64,000 bases of DNA from IMG/VR virus record IMGVR_UViG_3300027801_001565. The stretch is one strand, 5' to 3'. The stretch comes from a virus. Of the stretch, positions 25,443 through 34,919 are shown piece by piece; the stretch's first letter is position 1; each line of letters opens with the position of its first letter. Under the pieces are notes generated by a model. The model saw nothing but the letters and a program-made list of their open reading frames with translations. It searched no databases and was not told the DNA's origin. Position numbers and translations under genes: made by a program.

Positions 25443-26380
25443 TTCGTGAACTCCACGTTTGCCATAATTTCTGTTAAACAAGCAGTAAGGTTAATTTCCT
25501 GATCTGCTACAAATGCTGCCTTGTACTGATAATCTGCAATTAAAAGAACCAACTGAGGTATTGACTTAACCTGAGGAAGTAGGATGTCGTATATCTGACG
25601 AAATATTCCTTGAGGGTCTGTGTCCACATTGTTCACTACCCATTGTCTCATCTTCTTCCAGTCTTTAGCCTTGAGGCTCTCAGCAAGTGCCTTAGCATTT
25701 ACTTCCTGGAAGTTACTAAGTATACCCTCATCTATAGAACCGCCACTAGAGTATCGTTGTAGCTCATTTAGCACCCTTCTATAGTCCGGAAAGTACTTCA
25801 TTAGGAGCTCAGCAACCACTTTCTCATTGTACTCGATCCCTTCACTATCTAGTATATACTTCATCCTAACCATAAACTTAGATGCTAGTTCAGGGCGATC
25901 TGAGGGATTAATCTTAAAGTCTACAACCGTTGTTCTGCTATGTAAGGGAGCAATTAGTTTGTTAGCATAGTTACATGTAAAGATAAACCTACAGTTCTCA
26001 GAGAACGTCTCTATAAACGCCCTGAGAGCAGGTTGTACACTTTCCCTGTTCATGTAGTCTGCCTCATCGAGGATTACTACCTTAGTCTTACCTTCAAAGG
26101 AAACTGCTGATGCGAATTGTTTAATTTTTGTTCTTAGTGTATCAATCTGCCTGCCTTCATCACTACCATTAATGATAATGTAATCGCAACCCAGATCCTC
26201 ACATAACGCACGAGCAAGAGTTGTTTTCCCTGTACCTGCTGTGCCACTTAATAATAAGTTAGGAATCTCACCTTTTTTAATAAACGTTCTAAACGTGTCT
26301 TTAACACTATCAGGAAGGATACAATCCTCTATAGTGCGTGGACGATATTTTTCTACCCACAAAAATTGTCCTACTTCCAT
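25439..26380 (-). CDS. gp44: Clamp loader large subunit
   Basis: LWVEKYRP, GTAGTGKTT, LDEAD and PLHSR. Confidence 0.97.
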   Translation of the reverse strand: MEVGQFLWVEKYRPRTIEDCILPDSVKDTFRTFIKKGEIPNLLLSGTAGTGKTTLARALCEDLGCDYIIINGSDEGRQIDTLRTKIKQFASAVSFEGKTKVVILDEADYMNRESVQPALRAFIETFSENCRFIFTCNYANKLIAPLHSRTTVVDFKINPSDRPELASKFMVRMKYILDSEGIEYNEKVVAELLMKYFPDYRRVLNELQRYSSGGSIDEGILSNFQEVNAKALAESLKAKDWKKMRQWVVNNVDTDPQGIFRQIYDILLPQVKSIPQLVLLIADYQYKAAFVADQEINLTACLTEIMANVEFTK

Positions 26381-26455
26381 CTCAACTCCTAATCATAATT
26401 ATAAAAACTTTTTTTGGCCTAAAATCGTGGCCACATTTTCCGAGGGTAAAAAGGT

Positions 26456-27040
26456 CTACTGAAAAGTCTCCTTAACATCAGTCGTATCTGAAAATGCTAA
26501 GTCTATGTGCTTACCTACGGGAGGTTGCTTTACATATGCTAATACATTCTCTGGTGTAGATGCCTCGTAAGGATCTCCATCTAAATTATCACTGAAGCCT
26601 TCTTCTACAAATGCTTTCTCTAATACACCATTGTCATAAACTGCTGCGTATCTCCAAGATCTAATTCCGAAACCGATGTTATCTTTTCTAACATCCATGC
26701 CCATTTTAATTGTAAACTCTGCAGAGCCATCAGGAATAACTTTAACATTAATAAGGCCTAGATCTTCTGCCCACTTTGTACATACAAAGGTGTCATTAAC
26801 AGTAAAGCAATAGATGTCATCTATGCCCCACTCTCTGAACTCCAAGTACAACTCCTCAAACCCAGGCAACTGTTGCTCCGAACATGTAGGAGTAAACGCT
26901 CCTGGTAGTCCAAAGATTACAACTTTCTTGTCTGTAAACAGAGTGTCGTTAACAATGTCAACGAACTTAGATGTACCTGAGGTTGTTGTAACCTTTTTAG
27001 TTAGCTTAAAGGGAGGGATCTCATTTGGAAGACTACTCAT
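26456..27040 (-). CDS. Peroxiredoxin (Prx5/Redoxin family)
   Basis: LPGAFTPTCS, VNDTFV, PDGSAEFT and RSWRYA. Confidence 0.92.
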   Translation of the reverse strand: MSSLPNEIPPFKLTKKVTTTSGTSKFVDIVNDTLFTDKKVVIFGLPGAFTPTCSEQQLPGFEELYLEFREWGIDDIYCFTVNDTFVCTKWAEDLGLINVKVIPDGSAEFTIKMGMDVRKDNIGFGIRSWRYAAVYDNGVLEKAFVEEGFSDNLDGDPYEASTPENVLAYVKQPPVGKHIDLAFSDTTDVKETFQ

Positions 27041-27215
27041 CTACATCTCCATCATCAAAAGGATTCAATTCACCCTTCATCACTTTTCTAACTAAGTTAA
27101 TGGCAGGGTTTGGTCTTGTAAAGATATACTCAACCGTCTCACCATCTCTATTAAGTTCTACGATCCAGCCATTTGAGGCTTCTCTAATAGTAACTTCTAA
27201 TTTTCCTTCGTCCAT
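27033..27215 (-). CDS. Hypothetical protein
   Basis: AGGAG SD; coupled to neighbouring genes. Confidence 0.6.
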   Translation of the reverse strand: MDEGKLEVTIREASNGWIVELNRDGETVEYIFTRPNPAINLVRKVMKGELNPFDDGDVDE

Positions 27216-27224
27216 AATCTACTC

Positions 27225-27881
27225 CTAGATATCTGATGAGCGTTCAAGCGCCAACCAGTATTTAACATCACCTTTGCTACTCTCTAAGAACATGAACTTC
27301 TTTTGTGAGAGAATAACACTATACCCACCTGGAACTACCTTAAAGTTTTCAACTGCTAGACGAGCGTCAAACGTTTTGTCTGTTTGTGCAATAACCTGTT
27401 TAAAGGAATTAGACTTAGGTGTACTAGGGTCGCCAACTGTAATTGTAACTTCTCCATCTTTACCAATGATGCTTAACATAGGTGCTGCTGTAATAGCTGC
27501 TGCCTTCATTATCATATCAATATCGTCTTTTGTTAAGTCGAATTGGAAGAAGTTATCTACTTCGATATTCTTATCAGGGGCACTAACAATAATGTTAGGG
27601 TCTGCATAATAGTATTCAAAGACTGACGTACCTTTACTAACTTTAAGACTCTCGTCTCCAAAGTCAACATCGGTGTCGTCCATAACGGTTAGTAGTGATA
27701 GCAAACTATTTAAATCATAGATTGCAAATTCTTTAGGGAAGCTTTCTGATATCTCAGCTCTGGCAAAAATGTTTTTACCTGTGCTAATTGTCGAAAGTGT
27801 ATTCCCTTCACGAACTAGAATGTTCGTGTTAATTGTGGCAAAGTTCTTGAGTATGTCAAGAGTCTGTTTGCTTAGTTTCAT
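27225..27881 (-). CDS. gp45: Sliding clamp
   Basis: MKLSKQTLDILKNFATIN, FAIYDLN and YWLALE. Confidence 0.96.
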   Translation of the reverse strand: MKLSKQTLDILKNFATINTNILVREGNTLSTISTGKNIFARAEISESFPKEFAIYDLNSLLSLLTVMDDTDVDFGDESLKVSKGTSVFEYYYADPNIIVSAPDKNIEVDNFFQFDLTKDDIDMIMKAAAITAAPMLSIIGKDGEVTITVGDPSTPKSNSFKQVIAQTDKTFDARLAVENFKVVPGGYSVILSQKKFMFLESSKGDVKYWLALERSSDI

Positions 27882-27915
27882 AATATATCTCCAATATTTA
27901 ATTATCTATAAGTGT

Positions 27916-27944
27916 ATTATAGACTCTTACATAGTATAAGTCAA
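27916..27944 (-). promoter_or_regulatory. Sigma70-type promoter with AGAG motif (gp45)
   Basis: TTGACT-N11-AGAG-TC-TATAAT. Confidence 0.85.
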
Positions 27945-27958
27945 GGCCCCGAAGGACC
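27945..27958 (-). terminator. UUCG-tetraloop hairpin
   Basis: GGTCC-TTCG-GGGCC immediately upstream of the -35 box; weak U-tract. Confidence 0.45.
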
Positions 27959-27969
27959 AGTTTTACAAA

Positions 27970-28320
27970 TTAGCTAAAGTCAGTTGTAGCTAATAGGGTT
28001 GAACTAACACCAGCCTCGTTGACTGCTATTACTTCCATTGTTACTGCACGTTCAGCACACGCTGCTTGAACTTGTGATCTAGGCTCATTACCTTCTGTAT
28101 CTCTTGCTGCTTTAAAAGCATTCCATACAGCCTCAGTTCCAAACTCGATTTCTGTTACAAGAGTCAACTCATCTTCTGATTGTGCAAACGTAATACCAAT
28201 ACTATTATCAGTAAAATATTCTCGTCTCCATGTGTCATGTTCTGAATTATAGTCAGAGAATTTAGGGATTGCAACACCTGTACTAGGTCTTACGAACGTT
28301 GTTGTTAAAGTATAAGCCAT
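27970..28320 (-). CDS. Hypothetical late protein
   Basis: AAGGA SD and late promoter TATAAATA at 28358..28365. Confidence 0.65.
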   Translation of the reverse strand: MAYTLTTTFVRPSTGVAIPKFSDYNSEHDTWRREYFTDNSIGITFAQSEDELTLVTEIEFGTEAVWNAFKAARDTEGNEPRSQVQAACAERAVTMEVIAVNEAGVSSTLLATTDFS

Positions 28321-28370
28321 TTGTTTTGTCCTTAGTTTCTTGTAGTTCTAATGTTATTATTTATAAGAGT

Positions 28371-28691
28371 TTAGTCTGCTAAATAATGTTTTGTGGTATT
28401 ATTATCATGCTCTGAGAGCGCTATAATAGCATAGTGTAAAACTTTCATTAAGTCTTTTCTATGATCGTCGGTAGAACCTTTTTTACCATATCGCTGTGCA
28501 TACTTTAGAATATTTCCTATAGTAAACCCAACACCGTGTCCACAATCACTAATGAATTCCGTGGACTGGAATTTATTCCTACTGTAATGTCCAGAGTAGG
28601 TGCCATCAATATAAGTTTGGAGCTCTTCTATTAGAGCTCCCTCGTTAAACTTATAATCAATGTCATATTGTTTCATTAATTTATTCGCCAT
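28371..28691 (-). CDS. DUF3310-like protein
   Basis: TYSGHYS, GFTIGNILKYAQRYGKK and DLMKVLHY. Confidence 0.75.
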   Translation of the reverse strand: MANKLMKQYDIDYKFNEGALIEELQTYIDGTYSGHYSRNKFQSTEFISDCGHGVGFTIGNILKYAQRYGKKGSTDDHRKDLMKVLHYAIIALSEHDNNTTKHYLAD

Positions 28692-29859
28692 CTGTATGGA
28701 TCTCCTGTTCAGTTGTTTCATCAACTCCTTCAGCTAATTCTACTGAAGGATCTACCTTGGCGTATAAATCTATAAACGCCTCTTTGGTGTCATCGTCAAA
28801 CCTGTTAACACAAAGTTGGACTGCTTTAGTCTTGTCTTTGAAAACTGCGTATGCGTTAACAATATGCTCGAGTCTACGTGTTGAAATCAACTCGTCTATG
28901 GCACCTTCGTAATATGTCTTACGAATAACATCACTCCAAGTTACAAGATGAGTAGCAAAGTCTTCGTCTAGGTTGTTCACCCTTTCCATTTTCTTCATTA
29001 CAATCTTTTTCTCGGTAGCCATTGTAGGGTACTCCTGCTCCACGGTAATAGCAAACCTTTCTAGGAATGCCTCATCGAGGATGTTGGCGGAAATAAATTT
29101 GCCGTCATCTGAACCTCGACCCTTAGTATTGGCCGTAGCCACTAAGTTAAACCCTGGAGCAGGAGTTATAGTATCGCCTGTCTTCTTGTTGAAATAAGGC
29201 TTCCCCTCAAGGATGGCTTGTAAGCACATCAACTTGTTTGAACCCCTATCTACTTCATCAAGAATGAGAACAGCGCCCCGCTTCATAGCGGTGAGGACGG
29301 GCCCTTCTCTATACACGACGTTACCATCAACTAGAGTATTTCCACCTATCAAATCGTCCTCATCGGTTTCAATACTTATATTAACTCGTATGGCTTCACG
29401 TTTAAGATTAGCACATACTTGTTCAACCATTGTCGTCTTACCATTACCTGATAATCCGCTAATGAAAATTGGGTAGAACATACTTGTAGAAAGAACTGTC
29501 TTTAAGTCCTTGTAGAAACCAAACGGGACGAATGTCTCATCTTTATTTGGGATCAAGTTATCTACAGTTACATTCAAAATTGCCTGAGTCAAAATCGCTG
29601 GAGCCGGAGCTACCGTTGCTTGATTTGTTTGGACTACTGCCAAGGGCACAGCCTGTGCAACTTGTCCACCAAACATTGTAGTAAGATTATAAATCCCACG
29701 CTCAACCTTGACTTCAGGTTTGCCGTTTATCAACCACGCTGGGAAGCCAAGTCCAATGGACGCTGCTGCCTCGATGATTGCCTTACGGGTAAATACACCA
29801 GTACCGTTGTCTTGTGACTGCAGTGTCTGGATTAAGTTTTCTCTGTCTATCATTTTCAT
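28681..29859 (-). CDS. cobS: CobS-like / MoxR-clade AAA+ ATPase
   Basis: GLSGNGKT, LILDEVD, ATANTKGRGSDDG, LDEAFLERF and STRRL. Confidence 0.9.
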   Translation of the reverse strand: MKMIDRENLIQTLQSQDNGTGVFTRKAIIEAAASIGLGFPAWLINGKPEVKVERGIYNLTTMFGGQVAQAVPLAVVQTNQATVAPAPAILTQAILNVTVDNLIPNKDETFVPFGFYKDLKTVLSTSMFYPIFISGLSGNGKTTMVEQVCANLKREAIRVNISIETDEDDLIGGNTLVDGNVVYREGPVLTAMKRGAVLILDEVDRGSNKLMCLQAILEGKPYFNKKTGDTITPAPGFNLVATANTKGRGSDDGKFISANILDEAFLERFAITVEQEYPTMATEKKIVMKKMERVNNLDEDFATHLVTWSDVIRKTYYEGAIDELISTRRLEHIVNAYAVFKDKTKAVQLCVNRFDDDTKEAFIDLYAKVDPSVELAEGVDETTEQEIHTDGE

Positions 29860-29905
29860 ATTGTAGTCCTCACTAATTTATGTTGTTTCTTCATTTTATA
29901 CATGT

Positions 29906-29934
29906 ATTATGCACTCTTTAGAAGCTTTTGTCAA
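29906..29934 (-). promoter_or_regulatory. Sigma70-type promoter with AGAG motif
   Basis: TTGACA-AAAGCTTCTAA-AGAG-TG-CATAAT. Confidence 0.85.
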
Positions 29935-29967
29935 GCATTCTTTTGAATTCTTTTTAGGGTCTATGAG

Positions 29968-30040
29968 AGGGGCTATTATAGGGTATGCCTTAGTATACCC
30001 TTGGGTACTAAAACCCCTTAGAGGGGTGCTAGTAGAGCCG
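29968..30040. repeat. 73-bp G/C-phased element, copy 2
   Basis: aggggctattatagggtatgcct...ccccttagaggggtgctagtagagccg; similar to 11428..11499. Confidence 0.7.
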
Positions 30041-30060
30041 TTTTTGGTGCTTTTTATCAT

Positions 30061-32616
30061 CTAAGCTACTAACTCTATGATCTTATTGAGGAAAGTCCTT
30101 GAACTCTTCTTGGTCTTATTGAAGTTTCTAAAGCCCCTCAGTAAGTCTCCCTTCTTGGCTGACTTCACTATAAGTTCCTCATTCCCTACGTCTAAATCCT
30201 TGTTACCTTTAATAAGGAACCGAGCATTGTAACCGAAAGTAGGTGTTACTAAGGTAAACTTGTCTTTAAGAATCTCTTTCCAAGTTGTCTGCTCCCAGTC
30301 TCTTGTTACCCATCTAGGAGAGTTCTCACCATCCATCCATGCTGCTGAAAAACATTCTCTGTGGAATGCGTCTTTCTTGCCGTCTACAATGTGGAAGTTT
30401 ATTACTGTTGAACCTGTAATTCTTTTGTAATGTTCTAGCATCGTATGGATTGAGACACCATCGTATCTGCTGAATGATTCTTTGGATGGGAGCTTAGTTA
30501 CAACCGGTCCGTCTTTAATTGCTATTTGATCGTTGTATACATAACTGCTACCGTTTTTACCTGTCTCTTCTGAATCTCTGGAGTGATCTCTGTAAACTAT
30601 TTGGTCTGTAGCGCCGCCGTCTGTTAGGAATATTGTAGTAAGAACTTCAACATTATATTTCTTTTGGAATCTTTCTGCCATTGAGAATGATGACAACACA
30701 CAATTAGTAAGTGGAGTACCGCCTAGACTTAAATATCTATTTCTGATCTGTCCAAAATAAGTACTCTGATCTTTGCCACCCCATTGTCTGGAATAGTTAT
30801 TGTAGCCTACTTTCATTAGTAGTAGGTAGCTAACTGCATTTATAAACTCTGACTTCTTACAAGTAGAGCTAAGTAAATGTACTAGCCTAAAACCATCGTT
30901 TGTTAAAATCATCTCACCATTAGGTGTGTCTGCTAGAATCTTTTTCTCAACTTCTTTGTTCTGAGAGAATGGACCTGAAGTATCTTCTACCCACTCACCT
31001 GAGTCATTGTAAAATCCATCTGAATGTCTATCTGAAAATCCATACACATCAAATGGTATGTTTATTTTTCTGCAGAACAATGCCATGTTAAGCATCTGTT
31101 CTATTGTTCCTGCCATTGATCGTTGCATACTACCTGAAAGGTCTACATACATTATTATACCGTGGTTCTTACCATTAGGAACCATTGTAGTTGAGTGGAA
31201 TAAATCCTCTGTCAACTTGTATGCCCAGAGCTTGTCCTCATTCAACTTACCTGTTTTAGAAGTTTGATTCTTCTTAGAAGATGCTGCTGCCTTCTTCATC
31301 TCAAATTGCTGAGCCATTGAAGCTATAATTGGATTGGAGTTTCTTATGAACTCTTGGTACATGCCATTAGCAATAGCCTTGTACTCTGATTTTGGAACGT
31401 CTTGTGTGTCCCAGTAGTCTGTACCAGTAACCTTCTGTAGGTCTATGGACTTGTCCCAGTCATATAGGTTGTCCATTGAGATGACTAGTTCATCACCTTT
31501 AAATCTTTTTGGGAGGGTCAAGTAAACTATTGGCTGAGCATCAAGTTGAACCAATGTTTCTTCATTAAGTCTAAACTCATCATCTGTAATTGACTTCTGT
31601 CCACCTTGGCTTAGGAAGTCATGCATCTTTTTAGTTTCTTTTATTTCTTCTTCTATCTTTGCCTGCTTCTTCTCAGCCTCTTCTCTCGCTTCGAGGTATT
31701 CGTTGTTAGCTTTTTGCTCAGCTTCTTGCTTTGCTCTTTGCTTTTCGTATTCTGCTTGACGTTTAGCTCTTTCTTCTTTATACTCCTCATTTTTACGATC
31801 CCAATACTCATCGTCTGTCTCGTCTTCGCCTTGCTCACCGCCTGGTGTGCCTGGTTTTGGGTTTCCGTCTTCATCTGTATCTTCAGATGAGCTGTTACCT
31901 TCACCTGCTTCGTCGGACTCTTCTTCTTCACCTTCTTCGTCTGAAGATTGATCGCCAAAGTCACTACGCTGAGGTTCACCTTGTTGTTCCTCGCTTAATT
32001 CATCTAGGAGATCTTGAAGTTCTTGTTGAAGTGGCTCCAACTCGTCTTGTCTTTCTTCTGATTCTGCTTTAGACATGTCAGCCAGTTCGAGAGATAATAC
32101 TTTAACATCTTCCCAAGTTTCTGTCTTTGCAACTCTGTCTAGAAAATTCTGTTCGTCAGCTGTAAATTTAAGACCTAGTAAGTGGCCTATTTTAAAGTGA
32201 AGGTTAACTCTGTCTACGAATGGGAGTTTAGATAAGTCTCTTCCTTTAACACCAAAAAAGTCTTTGTCGAATAATTCTTGGTACCCTTTATGAAATGACT
32301 TTGTTAGTCCAGGGTATTGGGCTTTAATTTTTCTTTCAATCCTTGCGTCTTCTATAATGTTGTAGAAGGCTTTAAGATTAGGAGTATCACAAACCGCATC
32401 ATGCCATCCTTCCTCAGGAGTGTTACGAGCATGGCCAACTTCATGTCCAATAAACAAATCATATAGATCGTTTGACATCTCTTTCCAAACTGGAAGATAT
32501 AATGTACGAGCCTTGACATCAAATGCCGCTGTACTCATCTTAGGATCATGTACAATACTGATGTCTTCAGTAGCTAATAGCTTGGCTAGTATTGTCTTTG
32601 TTTCGATTTGATTCAT
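30061..32616 (-). CDS. HExxH peptidase-like + VWA domain protein (CobT-like partner of the AAA+ ATPase)
   Basis: HEVGH, NIIEDARIE, an acidic linker, YVDLSGSM MIDAS, GGTPL and LTDG. Confidence 0.85.
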   Translation of the reverse strand: MNQIETKTILAKLLATEDISIVHDPKMSTAAFDVKARTLYLPVWKEMSNDLYDLFIGHEVGHARNTPEEGWHDAVCDTPNLKAFYNIIEDARIERKIKAQYPGLTKSFHKGYQELFDKDFFGVKGRDLSKLPFVDRVNLHFKIGHLLGLKFTADEQNFLDRVAKTETWEDVKVLSLELADMSKAESEERQDELEPLQQELQDLLDELSEEQQGEPQRSDFGDQSSDEEGEEEESDEAGEGNSSSEDTDEDGNPKPGTPGGEQGEDETDDEYWDRKNEEYKEERAKRQAEYEKQRAKQEAEQKANNEYLEAREEAEKKQAKIEEEIKETKKMHDFLSQGGQKSITDDEFRLNEETLVQLDAQPIVYLTLPKRFKGDELVISMDNLYDWDKSIDLQKVTGTDYWDTQDVPKSEYKAIANGMYQEFIRNSNPIIASMAQQFEMKKAAASSKKNQTSKTGKLNEDKLWAYKLTEDLFHSTTMVPNGKNHGIIMYVDLSGSMQRSMAGTIEQMLNMALFCRKINIPFDVYGFSDRHSDGFYNDSGEWVEDTSGPFSQNKEVEKKILADTPNGEMILTNDGFRLVHLLSSTCKKSEFINAVSYLLLMKVGYNNYSRQWGGKDQSTYFGQIRNRYLSLGGTPLTNCVLSSFSMAERFQKKYNVEVLTTIFLTDGGATDQIVYRDHSRDSEETGKNGSSYVYNDQIAIKDGPVVTKLPSKESFSRYDGVSIHTMLEHYKRITGSTVINFHIVDGKKDAFHRECFSAAWMDGENSPRWVTRDWEQTTWKEILKDKFTLVTPTFGYNARFLIKGNKDLDVGNEELIVKSAKKGDLLRGFRNFNKTKKSSRTFLNKIIELVA

Positions 32617-32656
32617 AAAGTCCTCACTTTGTTTGTTTTCTTCATTTTATAGTACT

Positions 32657-32685
32657 ATTATGCACTCTTTAGAAGCTTAAGTCAA
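32657..32685 (-). promoter_or_regulatory. Sigma70-type promoter with AGAG motif
   Basis: TTGACT-TAAGCTTCTAA-AGAG-TG-CATAAT; near-identical to 29906..29934. Confidence 0.85.
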
Positions 32686-32715
32686 GCACTTTATGAAATC
32701 TTTTCTCCTGTTATA

Positions 32716-34269
32716 TCAGTAACTTACGTCAAAAGTTATAGATATTTGCCTTCCACCTGCTCCATATCCAGGGATTATCTCGAATTCATTGTCGAAAAGG
32801 TCCTGAATCTGTATGCCAAGGCGTGTTGTTGGGTTAATCCAATTACCGTAGTTGATTGAGAATACTGATACATCATCAATTGGCCTGCCAATATAGTCCA
32901 GTCCCTTATCAAATTCGCCTGCGTACTCAAATGACACATCACCATATGGTGCCTTTGTAACTGTCCAAGCAAACATTGTTCTATACTTAGCCTGAGAGGA
33001 TACATCTGTATCAATCAATCCAACATAAGCAAAGAACTCACCAACGTCTGTCATGTATGTTTTTCTAATGTTCATACCTCTAGAAATGTAGTTGCCTGTA
33101 TTAACATACTGCTGATTAGCGCTGTCATAATCTATACCTTCAGAGAAGTCATAATAGAATACTGATACAAGATCCCAACCAACTGTTAGTCCAATTGCTT
33201 CCTCACTTGATAAATCGGGGCTTGCTACAACATAGTCATCACCGTATCGTTCGTAAAGACTAGGACGCCTAACACTATTACCTAATGATATATTAAACTT
33301 ACCTAGCTTAGTACCAACTCTAATTGTGTGATCTCCTTCCTCAGTTCTAATACCTAACCCTACATTATTATAATCGTAATTCAAGTAACCAGCTACTGTG
33401 TCTCGCCAGTAGCCTAGCGTTGCTGTATCGTATGACTCTCTTTGTGCTGTTATACCTACAAGTAGTCCTGGCATTATCTCTTTGTTTACATCACTATATA
33501 TTCTATCTGATTTAGATTCCCAGCCCGTATTATGTTTGGAATCATCTAAGGTATATCCGAATGTAAAGATATCATTTCTTAATGAGGTATCTACTTTGTA
33601 TCCTTCTTGACTACAATCGTTTGAGGGAGTCCACCCTACCCAACAATTATCATAATCATATTTGTATTCTTGGTAACTAGAAACTAGTGTCCAGTCTTTG
33701 TACTCTCGTTTTGTTTTAAACGATATTGTTTCAAAGAAGTCTTCTTCTTCATTGTCTGTTCTTACTGAACCATTAGATCCTTTGTATGCTGATAGTTGAA
33801 AGTTCTCATGTCCTACTACTAGGTTAACTAAACCATCACCGCCTTTATAAAAAACAGATCTATCGAAGTTGTCCTCAATAAGAACTACACCTCCCATAGA
33901 TGAGCTACCATATAATGCTGTTGGTCCTTGGTATATTTTATACGATTGGAATAAAGGAATATCTAATCCTATATTATACCAACCGGAACCTGGATCGTTT
34001 ACAGGGATCCCGTTTCTATATACTGCTGTATGTTTTGCGTCTGTGCCATTTAGTTTTGGTGCCATGAAGCCACCAACACCACCGGGGGTGTATAACATCG
34101 TAGGGTGTAGTGCTTCTATTGCAGATGAATCCGTTTCCGGATCTGAGTCTGTAACAGATATCGTTGCGCCTACAACTATTACTTCTTCTATGTCTGAGGC
34201 GTATACTGTTGTCGTAAAAAATCCTACAAGCAATAATGCAAGTAGGAGTTTAGTGTTATTAACGTTCAT
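32716..34269 (-). CDS. TonB-dependent outer-membrane receptor (BtuB-like, compact)
   Basis: Signal peptide, TonB-box-like IEEVIVVG, plug motifs GTDAKHT...GIPVNDP and GP-ALYGSSSMGGVV, and C-terminal DLFDNEF...GR...VSY. Confidence 0.85.
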   Translation of the reverse strand: MNVNNTKLLLALLLVGFFTTTVYASDIEEVIVVGATISVTDSDPETDSSAIEALHPTMLYTPGGVGGFMAPKLNGTDAKHTAVYRNGIPVNDPGSGWYNIGLDIPLFQSYKIYQGPTALYGSSSMGGVVLIEDNFDRSVFYKGGDGLVNLVVGHENFQLSAYKGSNGSVRTDNEEEDFFETISFKTKREYKDWTLVSSYQEYKYDYDNCWVGWTPSNDCSQEGYKVDTSLRNDIFTFGYTLDDSKHNTGWESKSDRIYSDVNKEIMPGLLVGITAQRESYDTATLGYWRDTVAGYLNYDYNNVGLGIRTEEGDHTIRVGTKLGKFNISLGNSVRRPSLYERYGDDYVVASPDLSSEEAIGLTVGWDLVSVFYYDFSEGIDYDSANQQYVNTGNYISRGMNIRKTYMTDVGEFFAYVGLIDTDVSSQAKYRTMFAWTVTKAPYGDVSFEYAGEFDKGLDYIGRPIDDVSVFSINYGNWINPTTRLGIQIQDLFDNEFEIIPGYGAGGRQISITFDVSY

Positions 34270-34292
34270 TTTTCTCCTAATTTATTTTATTA

Positions 34293-34742
34293 TTATTTAG
34301 ATAGAGATTCTATCCATTTTTTACATCCTTTGATTCCGTAACCAAAAGAAGCACCTGCTTCACCGCAGGGATAATGCTTAAGATAAGCTTCCCTGTCTGT
34401 AAGTCCTCGATTTCTCTTTTTCCTAGGGAGGTCCATCCATTGACAATACTGTCCTGTTCCATCCACATAAAAACATGTGTTGTATGTAGGCCAGGATGTC
34501 TTTCTCGATGGTTTGTTTATTGGGCTGATGGGAGGTATAATTACTGTCCCGTCAGGCAAAATAATTGTTGCATGGTTTGGGACTCTTTTATCCTGTTTAA
34601 ATTCATTAACAAGAACACCCCCAATAATAGATCCTATGATGAGGTTATTAAATTCTGCATCTGCTTGTGCTGGTTGCGAAAATACACCTACTAGTAGTCC
34701 TAGTAATGCGCCTGCAATAAAAGTTCCGTATCGTAGTCTCAT
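34293..34742 (-). CDS. Secreted/membrane hypothetical protein
   Basis: Signal peptide (AQA) and a glycine-zipper-like segment. Confidence 0.6.
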   Translation of the reverse strand: MRLRYGTFIAGALLGLLVGVFSQPAQADAEFNNLIIGSIIGGVLVNEFKQDKRVPNHATIILPDGTVIIPPISPINKPSRKTSWPTYNTCFYVDGTGQYCQWMDLPRKKRNRGLTDREAYLKHYPCGEAGASFGYGIKGCKKWIESLSK

Positions 34743-34879
34743 TATTTATCCGCCTTATCTTTTAGGAGTTTTTCAATTCTCCTTTGCTGTTCCTTTATCT
34801 TTTCTGCTTGGTGCATTATTGTGAGGAACTCTTTATCTACTTCGCTCCTTTGTGGAAACTCTATTACTTTATCAGCCAT
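34742..34879 (-). CDS. 45-aa hypothetical protein
   Basis: Hand translation MADKVIEFPQRSEVDKEFLTIMHQAEKIKEQQRRIEKLLKDKADK; AAGGAG SD; TAATG coupling to the next gene. Confidence 0.65.
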   Translation of the reverse strand: MADKVIEFPQRSEVDKEFLTIMHQAEKIKEQQRRIEKLLKDKADK

Positions 34880-34919
34880 ATATTCTCTCCTTTATTTACT
34901 ATAAGACTAAGTATACTAT

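Noticed and set aside
26416-26434. TGGCC inverted repeat between the peroxiredoxin gene and gp44 as a terminator
   Set aside because: The stem is short, and the T-run is on the wrong side for termination on either strand.
31620-32060. Repetitive ttc/tct-rich DNA and alternative-frame ORFs
   Set aside because: Explained by the Glu/Lys-rich linker of the VWA protein. The same applies to the acidic tract in gp22.
28681-32616. CobS/CobT-like pair as a cobalamin-biosynthesis auxiliary pathway
   Set aside because: No CobN or other cob genes are present, and the VWA partner has an HExxH domain. It fits the generic MoxR-type AAA+/VWA pairs common in T4-like phages.
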